64,000 nucleotides of DNA from Octopus sinensis (lineage: Eukaryota). Positions 1 through 12,433 of this stretch are shown in pieces. Position numbers and translations under genes: made by a program. Location: assembly GCF_006345805.1 (NCBI RefSeq), contig NC_043005.1, positions 10,044,001-10,108,000 of the forward strand, in the 5' to 3' direction. The notes under the pieces are model-generated. The model had not been told where the DNA came from and did not search any database. It saw only the letters and a list, made by a program, of their open reading frames with translations. The number at the start of each line of letters is the position of its first letter. Within the stretch, counting starts at the first letter, position 1.

Positions 1-1135
1 AGGAGGCGTGACAATATTGACGATAGACTCAGCTGATAAACCGACTCGTCCCACACGTGACAGCAGTTGTTCGACATAAGCCCACAGGTCGGAAATTGTT
101 GGACACTGAACGAGTGCATGCAGAACGGTTCGTCGCTCTGACCGCATCTCGGGCAGGTCGGCCCCGTGTTTCTCGAGCCGTGTCTGTAGAGCTTATCCCG
201 AACGGGTAGCGCTTCTCGGTAGCACTGCCAGGCCAGGGATCTCTGGAAGTTGTCCATGGGCCCTGGCCCGAAAGTCGTCCCGAACAGGCGGGTCGGGTAC
301 TCCTCGTCGACGTCCAGGTTCGCCCCGAGCTCGTCGTCGTACCTCCCCTCCACTAAACCCCTATAGAATGCTTTGGTTGTGTTGAAGTCACTTAAGGTCG
401 ACCCGGACGGCAGAGTTGCTTGAGAGCAACGCGACACTCGCGGTGCCATTCGCCCTTCCTCGGCCTCTTTTGATCCACGACTGCAGTTCGGTCATGGAGA
501 CGAGCTGCGGGAAAGCGTGCCTCACAAACGGCGACCACACCTGTTCACCGTCGTCTACATAGAGCCAGAGATGTCGCAGTCTCAGCGCGTGTCTGCGCAT
601 CATCAACCACGGCATGCCCAGCCCTCCTTTTAACGGGTGTTGACAGCAAATGGATCGCCTGAGCATCGGGACGCATCCTTTCCACAAGAAGCGAAAGAGG
701 ATGCGTTGTAGTTTGGTGATGGTAGGGTCGGGACAAGGTACGACGGTCAGGCGGTAGTCGGTAGTATAGATGACGACGCGATGTACGTGTTCGCCACCTC
801 CGCTCGACCTTTTAGGGACAGTTTCCTCTCGGGCCATTGCCGGGCGAGTGACCACCCTACTCGTTATCTCGTTCCAGTTCTTCTCCACTTGGAGGTCCGG
901 ACCAAACCAGACCCCGAGCAAACTCAAACGGGCCGTCGGTCCAGCGTCCACGACGAGGCGCTGGTGGACGGCATGGGCTTGCTTCTCCAGTGCCTAGTCG
1001 CAAGCCCACTGACTTTTCCCGTTGATTTTCGCTCCTGTCACCGCTTCGTAGTTTTTCAGTGTCTCGCCGACCAGCTCGATGTGCTCGTGGCTAGACACTA
1101 TGACGGTGACGTCGTCCGCGTATGCAGACACGCTC
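1..1135 (-). mobile_element. Tx1/L1-clade non-LTR retrotransposon, 5'-truncated ORF2 fragment with frameshifts; runs off the window start
   Basis: The minus strand reads SVSAYADDVTVIV (RT YADD, ~1110-1121), LLGVWFG, LFRFLWKG, KGGLGMP and a CPRC zinc-knuckle region. It is near-identical to 13629-14270 in inverted orientation. The 5' junction abuts (TATC)n. Confidence 0.9.

Positions 1136-1136
<1 letters not shown>

Positions 1137-1197
<61 letters not shown>
1137..1197. repeat. (GATA)n/(TATC)n microsatellite
   Basis: Direct reading. Confidence 0.98.
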
Positions 1198-1198
<1 letters not shown>

Positions 1199-2017
1199 AA
1201 GATGATTAGATGGAGAGAAACAGGTAAACAGATATAAATGCCTCAGGATATCTACAAACGTAATAGCTATTTGTATGATATAATATTAGAGCTGTCACCT
1301 ATGTATTTCGTCTGTTAAAAATGTAAGTTTTATAATGCTAAGACAAACCATTAGAAAAATACGAAATATCACATGGTTGAGGTCACACTCACACATCAGA
1401 AAATGTACGGCTGATTAGTCCATGAATACATATCCTAAATCGGAAATAGATATTCTAAAACTAATACTAAGCAGAACTCTCCAACAATTTTGTACATATG
1501 ATTATAAATAGACTTAAATCAACTTCCATACAGCCAAAATAACACAGATTATACGTGATCTATGAATGCGAGCCATATTTTTCTCTTCGGAACATTGAAT
1601 ACAAACTGAGGTATCTAATTGTCTTTCATGATGACCAGGAATGTTGATTATAGGAAAGCAAATTTGAAGAATTATTCGTGTATTTGTTGTTTGTTCGGAG
1701 ATCAGTCATGTCTGGACATACGTATGATCAAAGGTGTCGCCGCTATGATCGTACTCTCTCTTTTTATCTGGCATTGCATATCCTGGGACTACGTTATATA
1801 AAGTGTAGTTACTATTTCAAAGCGTTCGAATAATAACTGATTAAAATCCAGCAAATGTTTCAAACAATCCCAGAACCCAAGTGGAATTCCCATCGTCAGC
1901 TTAGGTATTCATGCAGTACTTGTTTGGGGATTTGATCTAAGAATGATGTGTTGAAGCTGAAAATAATGTAGCCATCGATGTATCATACTTAATGTATACA
2001 CACTGCCTATAAGCCAG

Positions 2018-2240
2018 TATGTATATATGTATGTATGTATGCATGTATGTATGTATGTATGTATGTATGTATGTATGTATGTATGTATGTATGTATGTAT
2101 GCACGTATGTATGTATGTATGTATGTATGTATGTATGTATGTACGCACGTATGTATGCACGTATGTATGTATGTATGTATGTATGTATGTATGTATGTAT
2201 GTATGTATGCATGCATGTATGTATGTATGTATGTACGCAT
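2018..2240. repeat. (TATG)n microsatellite
   Basis: Direct reading; source of the spurious YIHT/MYVC ORFs. Confidence 0.98.
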
Positions 2241-2271
2241 GCATGTATATCATATATGCATATATGTAAAT

Positions 2272-2506
2272 GCATATTCTGTTGTGTCTGGGGAGAGTCA
2301 TTTTCTTTTTGTGCCTTATTATGTATCACACTCACCGGTAAAATTTCCACTATTTCTCATTTTAATTGTCCTAATATTTTATTGCCAGACGCAACGAAAA
2401 TTTTAGGACAATAAAAATATGAAATAAGTGGAAATTTTACCGGTGAGTGTGATACATTATAAGGCACAAAAAGAAAATTACTCTTTCCAGACACAACAGA
2501 ATATGC
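2272..2506. repeat. Imperfect palindrome with ~100-bp arms
   Basis: gcatattctgttgtgtctgg...cactcaccggtaaaatttccact is mirrored by agtggaaattttaccggtgagtg...ccagacacaacagaatatgc. Confidence 0.92.
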
Positions 2507-2772
2507 TTCAGCACACGAACTCATATAAAGAATCTTGCAAACCAAATCCAAAAACGAAACGTAAATGCATATATACACAAATATATATATATATGCATGT
2601 TCGTTTGTTATACTATAGTTAGTGTCATTTTTTTCTCTTCTAGCGCAGTCAGGAGTGAGGCTCTTTAGTTGGTCAAACGTCTAAATAAAATGCACAAAAC
2701 TCCAATAGACCTGATACATCTGGATCATTGGTGCTCTTGTCGATCATTGTTAATGCGAGACTATATTGTTCA

Positions 2773-3181
2773 TCTATAATATAAATTGGACATGGGCGAT
2801 CATTGTATTCTTTCTTGTCTTGAGGTTCACAGCCAAACGGCTGGATAGATTCGCATGAAAAATGGCAGACATTTGGAGACGGGTGCATAGATTGGAATGC
2901 AGTTTGTATTTTTTCCTAACCCCCATACTTACCGAGAAAATTGATTAAAACTGTTTCTAATGGAATTCCCCTCTTTCTTCCGCCATTAAAACAACCAGTT
3001 GCTTAGAAGCTGTTTTCTGACGGGGTGGGGTCAGGAAATTTTCATATAGTTGGAGGCTCCAATCGAAGCAGGGGACTCGAAATGATAAGGTTGACAAACG
3101 CTGTTATAGATTATGCCTAAGCGAAAACGATCACAGCCACATCATCCAAACAGACCGGGTGAAACCGGGCTTAGCTGTTAG
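2773..3181 (+). mobile_element. Putative non-autonomous Helitron (second family, degenerate)
   Basis: 5' end A|TCTATAATATAAA; subterminal GC hairpin ccgggtgaaaccggg; 3' end GTTAG|T (degenerate CTAG). Confidence 0.55.
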
Positions 3182-6100
3182 TTCTAACATATAAAATACT
3201 GAATGTCAGGCAAATATATCGTATTTTTTCTCATTGCCCAATGTGCTTCTAAACACTGTTAGTTTGGCGCATTTGTATCGACGGAGATGAGTGAGATGTA
3301 GGGAGATATAAGTGCAGTAGTTGTTGCTCTTCTGCAGCAACCATTGGTGGTTTCAAGAATGAATATTTAGTTGTTCGATCAATCACAATAGCTGCACATT
3401 AAATCAGCTTGTAAATGGCTAAATGCTCCACCGGCTTGTGTACCATCAATACCCAGACAGCATTAGCACGACACAGTTTGTAACAAATCTGAGCCTTTGA
3501 ATTACAGGCTCGATTCATCCGATAGGCTGCCACTCAGTTTCCATGTATCCAATCTCTTTGACAAAGCTGGGGTCGAAAAATCTGGGATCATACAGTAGGC
3601 TCGAACCGGGAGCATCTTAATATTGAAACAAACCTCTTTACTATTCAGTCTTTCTGTGTCCTTCTTCGGTGTGACTGTTGCATCACTTCAAAGTATTTTG
3701 GACTGATATTTTTTGTTTGTTTGTTTCTTTTGCATATTTGTCCACTAGAATGATGCCGTGTTCTTAGGCAGGAGGAAAGGCAGTGCTCATGTAAGAAGTT
3801 GTAGTGAGGAAGGAAGGTATCCTGATACTGATCTGAATGCTTGCAACAGAGAAGACCTTGTTAAAAGCGTCCAAGTGGTGTTATTTAACTGGTCACCGGA
3901 TTATATCTGTCAACTAAGTGGACTACAGCTGGATTTGAACTTAGAAAAACAAAGACCCAAAACAAACACCAGTAGGCATCTAATAAGATGTTATTACCGC
4001 CTTTTTACCTTGGATTGGTTCTATTTTTTTTATTAAATCCGAAGGAGTGAAAGTTGACCACCGTGCGATTTGATCTTAGAAAGCCAAGTATTAGATCAAA
4101 TACCACACTTAATTTTATTTGGCGCTTTAACGGTTCTGTTAATTCACCGCCTATTACTTTAGATTACTGTGAAGTATGCTTGGTTGTTTTAGATCGACTG
4201 TACTTGCAGTGTCAGAGATATCGTGGGTTAGAGTATGTTAATGCCCTTAAAATATTTTGCTTGATTATAATTCCTTCCGCTGGCACAATAACACATAATT
4301 GTAAGCGAAGGGAGAGCAGTGAAATCGATTGAATCAATCCAATTGATTTTTACTGACCGAACCCTCGACTAACGAAAGGCAGAAGTAGAGGAGAACGCAG
4401 TGAGATGTAAATAATGTTGAAAGTAATTTTCTCCGACGCTTTAACGATTCTGCCATCTGCATCACCCACATCTAGTATATTATTTAGGAGTATAAGAATA
4501 TAAACAGATATCAATGCAGTAATTCAGAAACTAGCAATTTAAACTGCGATGTATTTCAATGGAACAGGCAAGTTACCACTAGTAACAATAATATTGGTAA
4601 TCCATAATGATCACCTAAAGCGAGTAGCATACAAATAAGTCTGTAAAAATGATTGGAGAATAGAGAGATTTTGTTTTTGTTATTTTCTATAGAATTTAAT
4701 GAGTCCTTGCAGTTGTTTAAGGTTCTTATTGAGAAAAGAATTACCACACAGCACTTTCCATTGCAATCTATAAAAAAGATTTTATAATTGGATGGTAAAC
4801 AATATTATTAACACTCCCTGGATATATAATATATGCGCGCGTGTGTATGTATTGTTACATGCGTACATATAGACACGTTTTATATAGTCATATCATATAT
4901 ATTTTGCTCTTCTCTTAATATGTGTATGGAAGCAGTTTTAATGATTGAGATAGAGTCATGATTGCAAGATGAAAAGAATCTGTTGTTGTTTTGTATTTTT
5001 AATAAATATATTTTAAATATAGTAATAGGAGCACATCATGTTGATAAAGAAGCGAGAAGCTACGTAGTAATTGAATAGTGCCATGATAACATAAAGCGTC
5101 ATAAAATGGACGGCGAAAATAGATTAGGTAGGATTTCAGCAGAAAGCATGTTAGAAAACAAAAGAAGAGAGAATAGAGAAGCAGTAAAATTCTGAATGGT
5201 GTTGTAGATTATGGAAATTGGAGGAGAGATTTGGCTAGAGATTAGCAAAAAGGTAATTAAAATATACATGGAATGTCATTAGAAGTTCTGGTAGGGAGAA
5301 AGAAAAAAATTTTTAAGAGATATCATATGGAATAAACAATTACCGAAAGAAAAACTGTAAGTAAAAAAGAAAATAAATAGAAGAAACGAGACTATTAGTG
5401 AGATAATATGGTTGACAGTGGATAATGTTTATGGCTTGTTTGACTTTTAAAATTGTAATCTATTCCATATAAAATATCCATTGTTTTTATTTAGCTCTGA
5501 GAGATATATATGTTGTGTGTTATAGAAATTGAACGTTAGTGTTCAGTGATGTGTGAACGTTATCTCTTGCTAGTTCATTGTCAAGTATTCCCATGTCACA
5601 GCGATTGCCCGAAATTATTATATGAGTATAAAGTCTTTATGGCAATGGATTGATATATGCGCCATTGTTTCAGTATCTGTGTGTGTGTGTGTGTGTGTGT
5701 ATTGTGTTGTGTGTGTGTGTGTGTGTCTGCCTGTCTGTGTCTGTTGTATGTCTGTATGTCTGTATATATGAGTGTATGAATGTTCTCTTCTCTTTATAAT
5801 TATTTAACTTCTTCCTCCTCTGAAGAAGAGCTAGTTTTAACAAAGATACAAAACTCCATCATTGGAATGTAGATAGTAAAAACAATGTGACATTTTAAAC
5901 TTGATAAAAGTCTTGCAATTTTTACTAAAACACTTACAGATTGTATTAGTAATGGTGCGAGTTAATTGGTCGATTTCTTTTTCTGAAAAACCCTGGCTTA
6001 TCTAAATTGTCATTTAGGCATTAACTCACAAAGCCAAGTGCACAAATTATAAATGTTATATATGTGAATATATAATCTGGATACAGAAGCTAGAGGTTTC

Positions 6101-6340
6101 GATGCAGTTAGCCATATCTATCCTATTTTTCCTTGATTTTCAAAGAGATATTCACGTCAGCAGGATGGCAGACCTCTATGATGGTACATACTTTTCATTG
6201 TCTGTCCTAAATAACAATATCCGGCCAGTTATGTTTACACTTGAGAGAAATTTTAACGGAAATGTTCCAGTAGTGTTCCTTTTTGTTGATGTTTTGTTTC
6301 TATTCAATAACAGGGGGATTTTCTATATTTATTCCTGGAC

Positions 6341-6783
6341 AGGCGTAGGAGTGGCTGTGTGGTAAGTAGCTTGCTTACCAACCACATGGTTCCGGGTTCA
6401 GTCCCACTGCGTGGCACCTTGGGCTGGTGACTTCTACTATATGCCTCGGACCGACCAATGCCTTGTGAGTGGATTTGGTAGACGGAAACTGAAAGAAGCC
6501 TGTCGTATATATGTATATTTATATATATAAATATATATATGTATGTATGTGTGTGTGTGTGTGTGTTGTGTGTGTGTGTATGTTTGTGTGTCTGTATTTG
6601 TCCCCCCAACATCGCTTGACAACAGATGCTGATGTGTTTACGTCCCCGTAACTTAGCGGTTCGGCAAAAGAGACAGATAGAGTAAGTACTAGGCTTCAAA
6701 GAATAAGTCCTGAGGTCGATTTGCTTGAGTAAAGGCGGTGCTCCAGCATGGCCGCAGTCAAATGACTGAAACAAGTAAAAGAG
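6341..6783 (+). mobile_element. tRNA-derived SINE, family A (central TA/TG microsatellite), full length
   Basis: A-box-like tggctgtgtggt and B-box-like ggttcagtccc; tail ggcggtgctccagcatggccgcagtcaaatgactgaaacaagtaaaagag; more than 12 copies in the window. Confidence 0.9.
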
Positions 6784-7070
6784 ACAGTCTTTATTCTGAA
6801 TGGCATCGTATATTGTTTTTACGACAGACATGTTTGATCATCTGAGGAAGCTGTAATGTCTGAGGAAGCTTTAGCATAATGCACAAGTACTAAGCTCTAA
6901 ATGCCGTACATCTTATACCGAAAACAGCTTCAAATTAATGAATAATTAATGCATAATTTTCTGTTCCTCCGTTATATGTTTCATTTCATATTATGCCCGG
7001 AGCTCAACTGAAGCAAACATCAGTTTATTAATATCGCTGTACCTCAGTGACACACAATACAAATATATAT

Positions 7071-7562
7071 AAGCGGCGAGCTGGCAGAAACGTTAACACG
7101 TCGGGCGAAATGCTTAGCGGTATTTCGTCTGCCGTTATGTTCTGAGATCAAACTCCGCCGAGGTCGACTTTGCCTTTTATCCTTTCGGGGTCGATTAAAT
7201 AAGCACCAGTTACGCACTGGGGTCGATGTAATCGACTTAATCCGTTTGTCTGTCCTTGTTTGTCCTCTCTGTGTTTAGCTTCTTGTGGGTAGTAAAGAAA
7301 TAGAAATAGGTATTTCGTCTGCGTTATGTTCTGAGATCAAACTCCGCCGAGGTCGACTTTGTCTTTCATCCTTTCGGGGTCTATTAAATAAGTACCAGTT
7401 ACGCACTGGCGTCGATATAATCGACTTAAACACTTTGTCTGTCCTTGTCATATATATATATATGAAGAGAGTATAGGAAGTACAGAGGGAGATAATTGAC
7501 AGGCATTAAGATTGACCTAATTGTCCCCTCTATATTTAGCCCCCTGTGGGCAACAAAGAAAT
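7071..7562 (+). mobile_element. SINE family B, tandem dimer with Tx1-like tails
   Basis: Head gcggcgagctggcagaaacgtt; the second unit restarts at ggtatttcgtc; both units end in ...gtggg..aaagaaata. Confidence 0.9.
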
Positions 7563-7797
7563 AAATATATATCAGCCATATATGCATGTGTGTGTGTGTG
7601 TTTGTACATGTGTATATATATATATATATATATCTATATATTATACATGTGTGTTTGTACATGTGTATATATATATATATAATATATTATATATATATAT
7701 ATATAATATATATATATATTATATATGCCACAGAAGCAGGGCAAAGCTGTATCACACGCGGGATTCGAATGAACGTGCAGGATTTCGTGGTAAGCAG

Positions 7798-7897
7798 NNN
7801 NNNNNNNNNNNNNNNNNNNNNNNNNNNNNNNNNNNNNNNNNNNNNNNNNNNNNNNNNNNNNNNNNNNNNNNNNNNNNNNNNNNNNNNNNNNNNNNNN
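7798..7897. other. Assembly gap (100 N)
   Basis: Run of N. Confidence 1.
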
Positions 7898-8747
7898 GTC
7901 ATTGTGGGGAATCACTGTGTACAGGGATTTTACATCTAAAGTGAAGAGGAGGTGTGAGGGGCTGGAAGGGAAGGAAAGGAATTGAAGAGACGGAGGGCGT
8001 GGTTGGTGTCGTGTATGTGGGATGGGAGGGCTGCGACTAAGGGGGACATGATGCGGTCGAGGTATAGGGAGAGTTTCAGTGGGGCAATTACAGGCAGAGA
8101 CTATGGGACGGCCAGGATTAGAGGGTTTATGGATCTTGGGAGGAAGTAGATGGTGGAGGTGCGGGGTGTGCGGACGATGAGGTTGGTGGCGGTGAGGGGG
8201 AGAGCGGAGGAGGAGATGAGGTCGTGGATGTGGAGGACACTCGCTGTTGGTAGGAGGAGGTGGGATCGGAGGGAGGAGGCGATAGAAGAGTGGATTTTGA
8301 AGCTGGTTGAGCGCTTCCTCCCTGTATAGGTCCGCGCGCCACACTACCACTGCCCCGCCTTTGTCCGCCGGTTTGATGACAATGTCATCACGACGGCGGA
8401 GGTGGCGAAGGGCAATGGATTCGGCCCGAGAGGTTGGCTCGGCGGGGTCTTGGTGCAAAGTTGAAACAGTGGACCAAAGCGTTGCAGTCATGTACAAACG
8501 AATCTAGGCTACTGAAAAGGCCTGGGGGCGGCGTCCAGATGGATGGACGACGCCCCAGCTCCAAAAGGCAATCCTGATTGTTGTGACGCTGCGGGGACGC
8601 GTGGTAGTATGCGCGAAGTTTGAGGCGGCGCAGGAACAGGTTGACGTCCGCCCGAGTCTCGAACTCATCACAGTGGCGCGTGAGTGGCGTGAAGCGGAGA
8701 CCCTTACTGAGGAGGGAACGCTCAGCGGCGGAGAGGGGGAGGTGGGG

Positions 8748-8750
<3 letters not shown>
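7898..8750 (-). mobile_element. Penelope-like element (PLE) reverse transcriptase fragment, frameshifted, probably Neptune-type
   Basis: LLSKGLRFTP, LRRLKLRAYY, IVIKPADKGGAVVVW, PKIHKPSNPGRPIVS and DVKSLYTVIPH are diagnostic PLE N-terminal/RT motifs. It is flanked by (TA)n and cut by the gap. Confidence 0.92.
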
Positions 8751-8786
<36 letters not shown>

Positions 8787-9277
8787 TACATAAGGCATCG
8801 AGCTGGCAGAATCATTAGCTCGCCGGAATGCCTAGCAACATTTCGTGTCTGTCATTATATTCTGAGCTGAAGTTTCGTCGAGGTCGGCTTTGCCTTTCAG
8901 CCTCTCAGTTGATAAAAAAAAAAAAGTACTAAAAATTCTTCATGAGAACTGGGGTCGATGATATCGATTCATCCCCCTCCTCCTAAAACGGAGTGTGCAT
9001 GCGTGTGTATAACAAAATACTGCATTGTACCGTTATTTATCGATGAATTATGCTTAAGCGAGATATATACAATATATATTTCGTTCTTATTTATTTCTGA
9101 TTCACCAGGGATCGCTAACTTTGCCTTGTCACTGTCAATATAGCTTTCTCTGAATAACGTCAACAAACGATTGTAAAAGTAAAGAAATTTATATATAATA
9201 ATATTAAGTTAGTACTGGGAATTAATGACAAAAGTGACAATGTTTGTACTTTTACAGTTAAATTAAATGTATATTCA

Positions 9278-9673
9278 TCTTTATATATAAAAGTGAAGTT
9301 GTGTGTCTGTCTCCTACGATTTAGATTCCGAACTACTCCCACATTTTGTGGTGCAGTTTAACCAAAACCGGGTATCTTATAGTCGTGATTCATATCGAGC
9401 CCTTCTGGGTATTAGCGCGCGTCTACGATGAGTCTACGATTTAAAAAAAAAATTACCATCATTTTTTTTCCATTTTAATGCATTTTTTGCTATTATATAA
9501 GGGAAGTAACTCTCTAAAAATGACTACGATGAGTCAACGATTTAAAAAAAAATTACCATCATTTTTATTCCATTTTTAATGCATTTTTTGGATATTTTTG
9601 GCTATAACTCTCTAAAAATGCTTATATAGTTATTTCCCTTACAAACCCGAGCAACGCCGGGCGATACTGCTAG
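9278..9673 (+). mobile_element. Non-autonomous Helitron, family 1
   Basis: 5' end A|TC; 3' hairpin cccgagcaacgccggg followed by CTAG|T; no TSD; five copies in the window. Confidence 0.9.
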
Positions 9674-10644
9674 TTAAATATATGTTCCGTCGGCAAGTTG
9701 GCGGAATGGTTAGAGAGGAAGGAAAATGTTTTGAGACTTTCTTCTGGTTGTTTACCTTCTGATTTCAATTCCCGCCGAGTTTACATTTACCTTTAATCTC
9801 CCCAGAATATAAAGAAATAAGTACCAGACAGGTAGTGGAGTCAATGCTTGTTCCTGAATTAGTAACTCTTTCGCATAACATATGCCACGCTTATGCATAT
9901 TTCTTCGAAAACACTCCCTAATATTTTACATTTTTTGGCGGGCCACCTGGCAAAGCACTTTCAACAAAAAAACTATTTTCTGTATAATTGCGAAATAATT
10001 CTACATGTAAGTATTATAAGCGCCTCATTCCCGTAAGTTAATTTTTAATTCTTTAGATTTTTTTATGAAGATTTCGAAAATCCGAGCATCTCACGTACCA
10101 CGCTGAAAGTGATTACGTACTTGACATTTTGGTTGTGTCTGCACATTACCGACATCTGTGCCACGGTGCAGGTAGAACAGCTAAAGATATTTAAATCATT
10201 CATGTTCCCCCGCTGACAACTATTTTTGTTCCTGATATATCGGTTACTTCCGTACATCACCGGCATCTGTTGTACGATATATATATATATATATATAAAC
10301 ATCAAAACATATTTTTCCGATTCGCTTTGCAATTTCAATGATGGAAGTATCGCTTGGCCTTAAACTCCTTTGTACATTTTGATAGCAAGAAAAATAAATG
10401 GTATCCAGTGATACAATAAATTATTCGTGTGCGAATATGTGTGTACGTGTGTATGTATAAGTGTGTATGTGTACATATGTGCGTGTGTGCATGCGTATGT
10501 GCGCGTGTGTGAGCGTGTGCGTGTAAAATATTTGTTTATATACCATATATATAAATATATATATATATACATACATACACATGTACATACATACATACAT
10601 ACATACATACATACATACATACATACATACTTACATTTACGTAG

Positions 10645-10980
10645 TGGGTAACCATTTTCTTCACTACTTCAAGAAGTGACGACCTGCCTGACACAAGTTC
10701 TGGGCTCAGCTGGCTCCGGCTGACAGTACCCGGTATGGGTCCGTATCCAGGGTTACGGAAAGGAGACAACCTTCAAAGAAATCCGGAGTGGAGCCCCGTA
10801 GGCGGTCTAGTGTTCGACTCGACACTCTTCCGGCAGCTCCTGCAACCAAGCTGGTGCCAAACTCCTTTGGACTACGTCAGCAAGGTCGAGAGAGGAATCC
10901 TGACGATTGGGCTACCCAGGATTTTCTTACATCTAGCCCAGGCCTGCGCAAAACTGGAGAGGAAACTGGAGGGGACATGA
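10645..10980 (+). mobile_element. GC-rich repeat fragment, possibly the 5' UTR of an RTE-type LINE
   Basis: GC-rich island between microsatellites. The motif ggcagctcctgcaaccaagctggtgccaaac resembles RTE 5' UTRs from memory; not verified. Confidence 0.35.
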
Positions 10981-11140
10981 AATGTAAAATCCAGACTGGA
11001 TTAGTTTATGCGCAACTCCATTGTCTCCCGAGACAAAAGGATGCCAACAACATGCATATATATGTATATATGTAAGTACACATAGATATATATATATATA
11101 TGTGTGTGTGTATACACACAATCACACATGTACGAAAGGG

Positions 11141-11652
11141 ATGAACTGATTTCATTACGCAATATTTTAATAAGGAAAAGCAATAGAAAACTCCAGCTAA
11201 GTCACAAATATTTACTCACAATCAACTTTTATTTCCTGTCTTACAAGTGTGCTATATGACCAGCACCTGCAGTACGGGTAACATCAATGCGATAAGAGAA
11301 TTCCTCCCAAACGCGTCTCAGCATATCAAAAGCAAGTTCATTATGGAACTAAAGAAGAAATTTGCTTTGCTTGAGGCGATTCCAGAAGATATTGTCATAG
11401 AAAGGGAATGGAAAACCTTCGATAAAGCATTCGACCAGACAGTCAAAGAAGTACTTAGTGGATTGTGATATGCTGATACGCGTCTGGGGGAATTGTCTCA
11501 TCACATTGATGTTACCTGCGCTGTAAGTGGTGGCCACATTGAACACTTGTAAGACAGGGAATAGAAATTGATTATGAGTAAATACTTGTGACTTAGCTGG
11601 AGTTTTCTATTGCTTTTCCTTATTAAAATATTCCGTAATGAAATCGGTTCAT
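11141..11652. repeat. Long inverted repeat (~188-bp arms, 137-bp spacer)
   Basis: Arm 11141-11328 mirrors 11466-11652, e.g. aatattttaataaggaaaagcaatagaaaactccagctaagtcacaa. Confidence 0.93.
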
Positions 11653-11670
11653 TTTCTTTGAATAACCTTG

Positions 11671-11724
<54 letters not shown>

Positions 11725-11783
11725 TATATATAGACACACACACACACACACACACAACACACACACACACACACACACACACA

Positions 11784-11831
<48 letters not shown>

Positions 11832-11864
11832 CTGTGTATATATATTAAATATATGCATATATAC

Positions 11865-12240
11865 AGGCGCAGGAGTAGATGTGTGGTTCCGGGTTCAGTC
11901 TCACTGCGTAGCACCTTGCACGAGTGTCTTCTACTATAGCCTCGGGCCGACCAAAGCCTTGTGAGTAGATTTGGTAGACGGTAACTGAAAGAATCCCGTC
12001 GTATATATGTATATGAATGTGTGTGTATATATTTGTGTGTCTGTTTTAGTCCCCCTTCCCAACATCGCTTGACAACCGATGCTGGTGTTTTTACGTCCCC
12101 GTAACTTAGCGGTTCGGCAAAAAAGACCGATAGAATAAGTACTAGGCTTACAAAGAATAAGTTCTGCGGTAGATTTGCTCGACTAAAGGTGGTGCTCCAG
12201 CCTGGCCACAGTCAAATGACTGAAACAAGTAAAAGAGTAA
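11865..12240 (+). mobile_element. SINE family A
   Basis: Matches 6341-6783 with a small head deletion. Confidence 0.88.
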
Positions 12241-12331
12241 ATATACATACATATATATATACACATATATATATATATAAATGTGAAACAAGGTGGAAAA
12301 AAGTGTACTCAAATACCAGGGGTAGAGTAAT

Positions 12332-12433
12332 ATGCTTTATTTAAAAGCAGCAGAAATTCAACAAAATCTGTTACTCGGAGTAAACTCCGAGTAACAGGTT
12401 TTGTTGAATTTTTGCTGCTTTTAAATAAAGTAT
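12332..12433. repeat. Near-perfect palindrome (50-bp arms, 2-nt loop)
   Basis: ctttatttaaaagcagcagaaattcaacaaaatctgttactcggagt AA actccgagtaacaggttttgttgaatttttgctgcttttaaataaag. Confidence 0.95.

Noticed and set aside
1909-2414. Long YIHT/MYVC/IYLS/THTH ORFs here and at 23343-23968, 45360-45954, 52221-52816 and 56638-57458
   Set aside because: Translations of microsatellites that happen to lack stop codons; not genes.
4880-5480. Purine-skewed segment as a PLE or host coding remnant
   Set aside because: No recognisable motif or sustained frame in any translation I could read.
6838-6932. CUGAGGA...CGAAA hammerhead candidate (also CUGAAGA at 5820)
   Set aside because: I could not form convincing stems I-III or a cleavage triplet; at best a decayed PLE terminus.
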